Assembly: GCA_048887225.1 (NCBI GenBank)
Contig: JBHLJY010000033.1
Coordinates: forward strand, 1 to 19,900
Reading direction: 5' to 3'
Length of the DNA stretch: 19,900 nucleotides
Source: Candidatus Hodarchaeota archaeon
Lineage (GTDB): Archaea; Asgardarchaeota; Lokiarchaeia; Sigyniarchaeales; SOKP01
The position numbers and the translations under genes were made by a program. How positions within the stretch are numbered: position 1 is the first letter of the stretch; each line of letters opens with the position of its first letter. Under the pieces are notes generated by a model. That model made no database searches and had not been told where the DNA came from. It saw only the letters and a program-made list of their open reading frames with translations. Below are positions 16,332-19,900 of this stretch, one piece after another.

Positions 16332-17687
16332 ATGATTGAAAAAGATGATCCAAATCGCTGGAAAATATGCGATAAAGTAATTGAGACTGTAAAAGAACAA
16401 GACATTAAATTTATTTATCTCCAATTCACTGATATCCATGGTATTATTAAATCTTTTGAAATTAATGCTAACAGAGTAGAAGATTTCTTACAAGATGGAG
16501 AAAATTTTGATGGTAGTTCGATTACTGGTTATGGTGCTATAGAAGAATCAGATAAAGTAGCGGTTCCTGATCCAAGCACTTTTTGCATAATTCCATGGAG
16601 GAAAGATAAGAATGTAGCTAGATTTTTTAGTGATATATATAATCCTGACGGTTCCCGTTATGATGGCGATCCCAGATATATACTTCAAAAAGCCGTGAAG
16701 AAAGCAAGGAAACATGGATATGAGTATTTTTGTGCTCCTGAACTAGAATTCTTTATTTTAGAAAAAACTACAACAGAACAAGCATTTAGTCCATCAGACA
16801 TGAGAGGGTATTTTGACTATGATCCTTATGATATTAATGAAAGAATGAGATTTACGTTTGCTGAATATTGCGATGCTATGGGTATCGAGATAGAAGTGCT
16901 GCACCACGAAGTTGCTCTTGGACAACACGAGATAGATTTCAAGTATGGACCAGTAATAGAAACTGCAGACAATACTAATACAATAAAAATGATTGTAAAG
17001 ACTGTAGCAGCCCAGAACAACATGACTGCAACCTTTATGCCAAAACCATTTGCGGGAATAAATGGGTCAGGAATGCATGTTCACCAGTCTCTATGGAAGG
17101 ATGGTAAAAATGTATTTTATGATGATTCTGACAAAGATTATATCTCTCATATGATGAAAAAATGGATTGCTGGGCAATTAAAACATGCAAGAGCAATGTG
17201 TGCTGTTCTAAGTAGCTGGCCAAATTCATATAAAAGATTAGTCCCCGGCTTTGAAGCACCGGTTTATGTTGCATGGGGTTTTAGAAATAGATCTCCTCTA
17301 ATTCGAGTTCCTAATTTTGGAGGAAAGCCAAATGCAGCGAGATGTGAGATTAGATGTCCAGATCCAGCGGGAAATCCATACCTACAATTTGCTGTTCTAT
17401 TATCAACAGGTTTAGATGGTTTATTAGCTGAAGATATTGAAATTCCAGAACCAACCGACCTTAATGTATATCATTTATCAACAAAAGAGTTGTTAAAATC
17501 AGGAATTATTTCATTACCTGGCAGTCTCAGCGAAGCCCTTAAGGAATTTCAGTCGTCTGAATTCATGAAAGAAGTATTTGGTGAAGACCCATTTAAAAAT
17601 TTCCTTTATGCCAAGCTAGAAGAAAATGATGCATTCCGTGTTGTAGTAAGCGAGTGGGAACGAGATAGATATATTACAAGGTTATAA
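16332..17687 (+). CDS. glnA: Glutamine synthetase type I (GSI-alpha-like); ORF track starts at 16293 but 16332 is more likely
   Basis: QFTDIHG, FDGSSI, APELEFF, HHEVALGQHEI, TFMPKP, NGSGMHVHQS, SYKRLVPGFEAP, NRSPLIRVP, RCEIRCPDPAGNPY. Confidence 0.95.
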   Translation: MIEKDDPNRWKICDKVIETVKEQDIKFIYLQFTDIHGIIKSFEINANRVEDFLQDGENFDGSSITGYGAIEESDKVAVPDPSTFCIIPWRKDKNVARFFSDIYNPDGSRYDGDPRYILQKAVKKARKHGYEYFCAPELEFFILEKTTTEQAFSPSDMRGYFDYDPYDINERMRFTFAEYCDAMGIEIEVLHHEVALGQHEIDFKYGPVIETADNTNTIKMIVKTVAAQNNMTATFMPKPFAGINGSGMHVHQSLWKDGKNVFYDDSDKDYISHMMKKWIAGQLKHARAMCAVLSSWPNSYKRLVPGFEAPVYVAWGFRNRSPLIRVPNFGGKPNAARCEIRCPDPAGNPYLQFAVLLSTGLDGLLAEDIEIPEPTDLNVYHLSTKELLKSGIISLPGSLSEALKEFQSSEFMKEVFGEDPFKNFLYAKLEENDAFRVVVSEWERDRYITRL

Positions 17688-17710
17688 TCTTTTTATTTTT
17701 TATTAATTTT
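17688..17710 (+). terminator. Oligo-T putative terminator of glnA
   Basis: tctttttattttttattaatttt immediately after the stop. Confidence 0.45.
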
Positions 17711-17994
17711 AAATTTAGTAAAACCATTAGACTAGATTTTTTATAACACCCCCAAATCCCCACAAGATCGGAAACCAAACCAAAAATTAAGAGAGCTTTT
17801 TAATTTATCCCAATTTTGTGGGAAGCACATTAGTAATTTTAAAAGTTTGTGAAGATTAATAAATGCGTATTTTTTTGGAGATATTAACAATTTAGATTTA
17901 GTATATAAGATAGAAATCTAATAAATTTTGAATTTATTCAATTCAATAATTAATTCAAATTTTAATAAAGAAATAAAGAAGTGAAATATAAAAA

Positions 17995-19029
17995 ATGACA
18001 AATATAGAAACTATTAGAAAATTTGCTACAAAATTATTGTTAAACGAAGAGGTGGATCTTGGAGCTCCACTCGTAATCGATGAAATTACATTTGTTCCAA
18101 TAGTCAAATATGTAATTCCACGGGAAGAACGAGATTATCTGTCGCTTTCAGAAGCTCTTGAAGAAGGTGTTTGTAAAATAATTGATAAGGGTACAGAAGT
18201 AGCGCATATTCTTTTTGAGAATCTAGGTGATTTACCAATATTAATCGAAGAAGGAGAAATCTTTCAAGGCAAAGGAACTCAAGATCGTATTAGTATTGGA
18301 ACAGTCATGGTCGAACCTATGGCAACTGTAGAAATCGCTGTAAAGTGTGTCCACGCGCCCCATCACTTATCATCTGGTGCCGCTTTTAAATATGGCGGAA
18401 AGGCCAGCCGAGGATTGCTTAACGAAATTCGCATAATGAAGTTTAATCATGCGGCAAAATCTGCACCTGCATCATATATAGACCAAACCCGAGTATGGAG
18501 CAAAGTCAGAGAAGAAAATATAGAGGAAGGTGTCTCAGATATGACAAAATACATGGAGAGCGTAGAAAAACGTAGTAAAAGGGCAAAAAAGAGGACCGAA
18601 AAGTTGAATTTTCCTAAAAATACAATTGGAATGGTTGTTGTTAATCCTAAAGGAGAAGTAAAAGGTTTGGAAGTTCACCGTTCTCCACATAACTTTAGAA
18701 TTCGCAAGGATAGAATATTTGAATCCTTGGAAAATAATATCTCCTGGAAAACCGAAGGTAAAAGGCCTTATCAAAATGCCCAAGAAAAAGTAAAAAAACT
18801 ATTCAAAAAAATTTCTGAACTCAAAGAAGGAAAGGACGCACTAAGACAAGTAGAAATTGATGGATTAGCAATCAATATGGCAGGAGTCTCTGGAGAAGCA
18901 TATACAACAACTTTCTATTCTGCCATATGTCCAAGTTGTAATTCAAAGAAGCCTCGAAAAAAGGAGTGTCCTCATTGCGGATTCTTAGAAGAAGAATCGG
19001 ATGAAATTGCATATATGAGTATGTATTAA
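17995..19029 (+). CDS. ARPP-1/DUF6569-like protein with a C-terminal zinc ribbon
   Basis: YLSLSEAL...LFENLGDLPILIEEGEIFQG..QDR...VEIAVKCV...Q.RVW pattern recognised as DUF6569/ARPP-1-like from memory of the family; CPSC-X9-CPHC near the C-terminus. Confidence 0.65.
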   Translation: MTNIETIRKFATKLLLNEEVDLGAPLVIDEITFVPIVKYVIPREERDYLSLSEALEEGVCKIIDKGTEVAHILFENLGDLPILIEEGEIFQGKGTQDRISIGTVMVEPMATVEIAVKCVHAPHHLSSGAAFKYGGKASRGLLNEIRIMKFNHAAKSAPASYIDQTRVWSKVREENIEEGVSDMTKYMESVEKRSKRAKKRTEKLNFPKNTIGMVVVNPKGEVKGLEVHRSPHNFRIRKDRIFESLENNISWKTEGKRPYQNAQEKVKKLFKKISELKEGKDALRQVEIDGLAINMAGVSGEAYTTTFYSAICPSCNSKKPRKKECPHCGFLEEESDEIAYMSMY

Positions 19030-19048
19030 TTTAAGCGTTTTGTAGCGC

Positions 19049-19065
19049 AAAAAAAATTTTTTTTT
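19049..19065. terminator. Putative bidirectional terminator (A8 followed by T9) between convergent genes
   Basis: aaaaaaaattttttttt gives a U-tract on both strands between the stops at 19029 (+) and 19064 (-). Confidence 0.5.
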
Positions 19066-19900
19066 ATTCTATTTTTTCTTCAATATATTCTAATGATTGG
19101 TGTCGGAAATATGTATTATAAAGGTCAGCATATTTTCCTCCTTTTGCCATTAACTCGTCATGATTCCCTTCTTCCACAATTTTTCCGTGATCTAACACAA
19201 TAATTCTATCAACATGCCTTACCGTCCATAAGCGATGAGCAATGATTATAGAAGTCCGATTTTTTATCGTTTTTTCGAGAGCATCTTGTATTCGCGTCTC
19301 GGTAAAAGGATCCACACTAGCCGTCGCCTCATCTAAAATGAGGATTGAAGGATTTTCGAGTAAAGTCCGGGCAAAAACAACTAATTGGCGTTGGCCCATA
19401 GAAAGTAGACTACCTCTTTCACCAACTTTCGTAATTAAACCTTTTGACAAATCTTCAACCCATTCATAACCACCTGCTTGATTCAAAGCCTCATTAATAT
19501 CATCCTTCGTTGCATTATTACAGCAATATCTAATGTTATTTTTTACAGTATCAGCCCATAGGAATGGTATCTGATGTATAATTCCTATTTGCTTTCTGTA
19601 TTCGCTAAGATCAAAATTCCTAATTGAGATTCCATCAATTAATATATTTCCTCCTTGGAATTCATAAAATCTTGCTAATAATTTAGCTAAAGAGGACTTT
19701 CCAGCGCCTGTATGACCTACAATGGCTAAAGATTCACCTTGCTGTATAGTTAGAGAAAAATTATCAAAAACTTTTTTATCACTATCATATTGAAATGTTA
19801 AATTTTTAAACTCAATTTTGCCCTTAATTTTTTCTGGTTTTATATTATTATCTTGAGTTACAGCTGGTAAAGTATCAATTAAAGCAAAAATCCTTTCTGA
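19064..19900 (-). CDS. ABC exporter (TMD-NBD half transporter), C-terminal NBD; 5' part lies outside the window
   Basis: The frame stays open from 19900: SERIFALID...IEFKNLTFQY...Walker A GHTGAGKS, Q-loop IHQ, signature LSMGQRQ, Walker B ILDEATASVD, switch IAHRL. The ORF-track start at 19486 is internal. Confidence 0.93.
   Translation of the reverse strand, partial: SERIFALIDTLPAVTQDNNIKPEKIKGKIEFKNLTFQYDSDKKVFDNFSLTIQQGESLAIVGHTGAGKSSLAKLLARFYEFQGGNILIDGISIRNFDLSEYRKQIGIIHQIPFLWADTVKNNIRYCCNNATKDDINEALNQAGGYEWVEDLSKGLITKVGERGSLLSMGQRQLVVFARTLLENPSILILDEATASVDPFTETRIQDALEKTIKNRTSIIIAHRLWTVRHVDRIIVLDHGKIVEEGNHDELMAKGGKYADLYNTYFRHQSLEYIEEKIE

Noticed and set aside
3464-19469. Short ORFs at 3464-3679, 5237-5485, 5871-6098, 7050-7343, 11453-11659, 11678-11872, 16826-17023, 17035-17274, 18535-18783 and 19242-19469
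   Set aside because: All lie antisense to well-supported genes and show no recognisable motifs.
1-19900. CRISPR arrays, tRNA/rRNA genes, transposases or integrases
   Set aside because: No regularly spaced repeats with spacers, cloverleaf or rRNA-like GC-rich segments, or recombinase motifs were seen by eye.

Overview
Low-GC window with archaeal-style genes and TTTAAATA-type promoters. An Asgard/Lokiarchaeia-like anaerobe is my guess, not something the sequence proves. The window is dominated by glutamine/glutamate metabolism: fused guaA, a PEP-synthase-like ATP-grasp protein with a degenerate KaiC/RecA-like N-terminus, a tight four-gene operon (hdrB-hdrC fusion plus a split three-subunit archaeal-type glutamate synthase, with no GltD in the window), purF, and a divergent Lrp/AsnC-glnA pair. 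It also holds an MFS transporter, several hypothetical or membrane proteins, an ARPP-1/DUF6569-like protein and the 3' part of an ABC exporter. The best candidate for an undescribed system is a glutamate synthase whose electron input may be a heterodisulfide-reductase-like HdrBC module. Two further signals stand out. The hdrBC frame needs a start upstream of its first ATG (non-AUG start or +1 frameshift/indel). The lrp-glnA intergenic region carries six TGNNCA sites in helical phase (spacings 31/30/41/31/31 bp).
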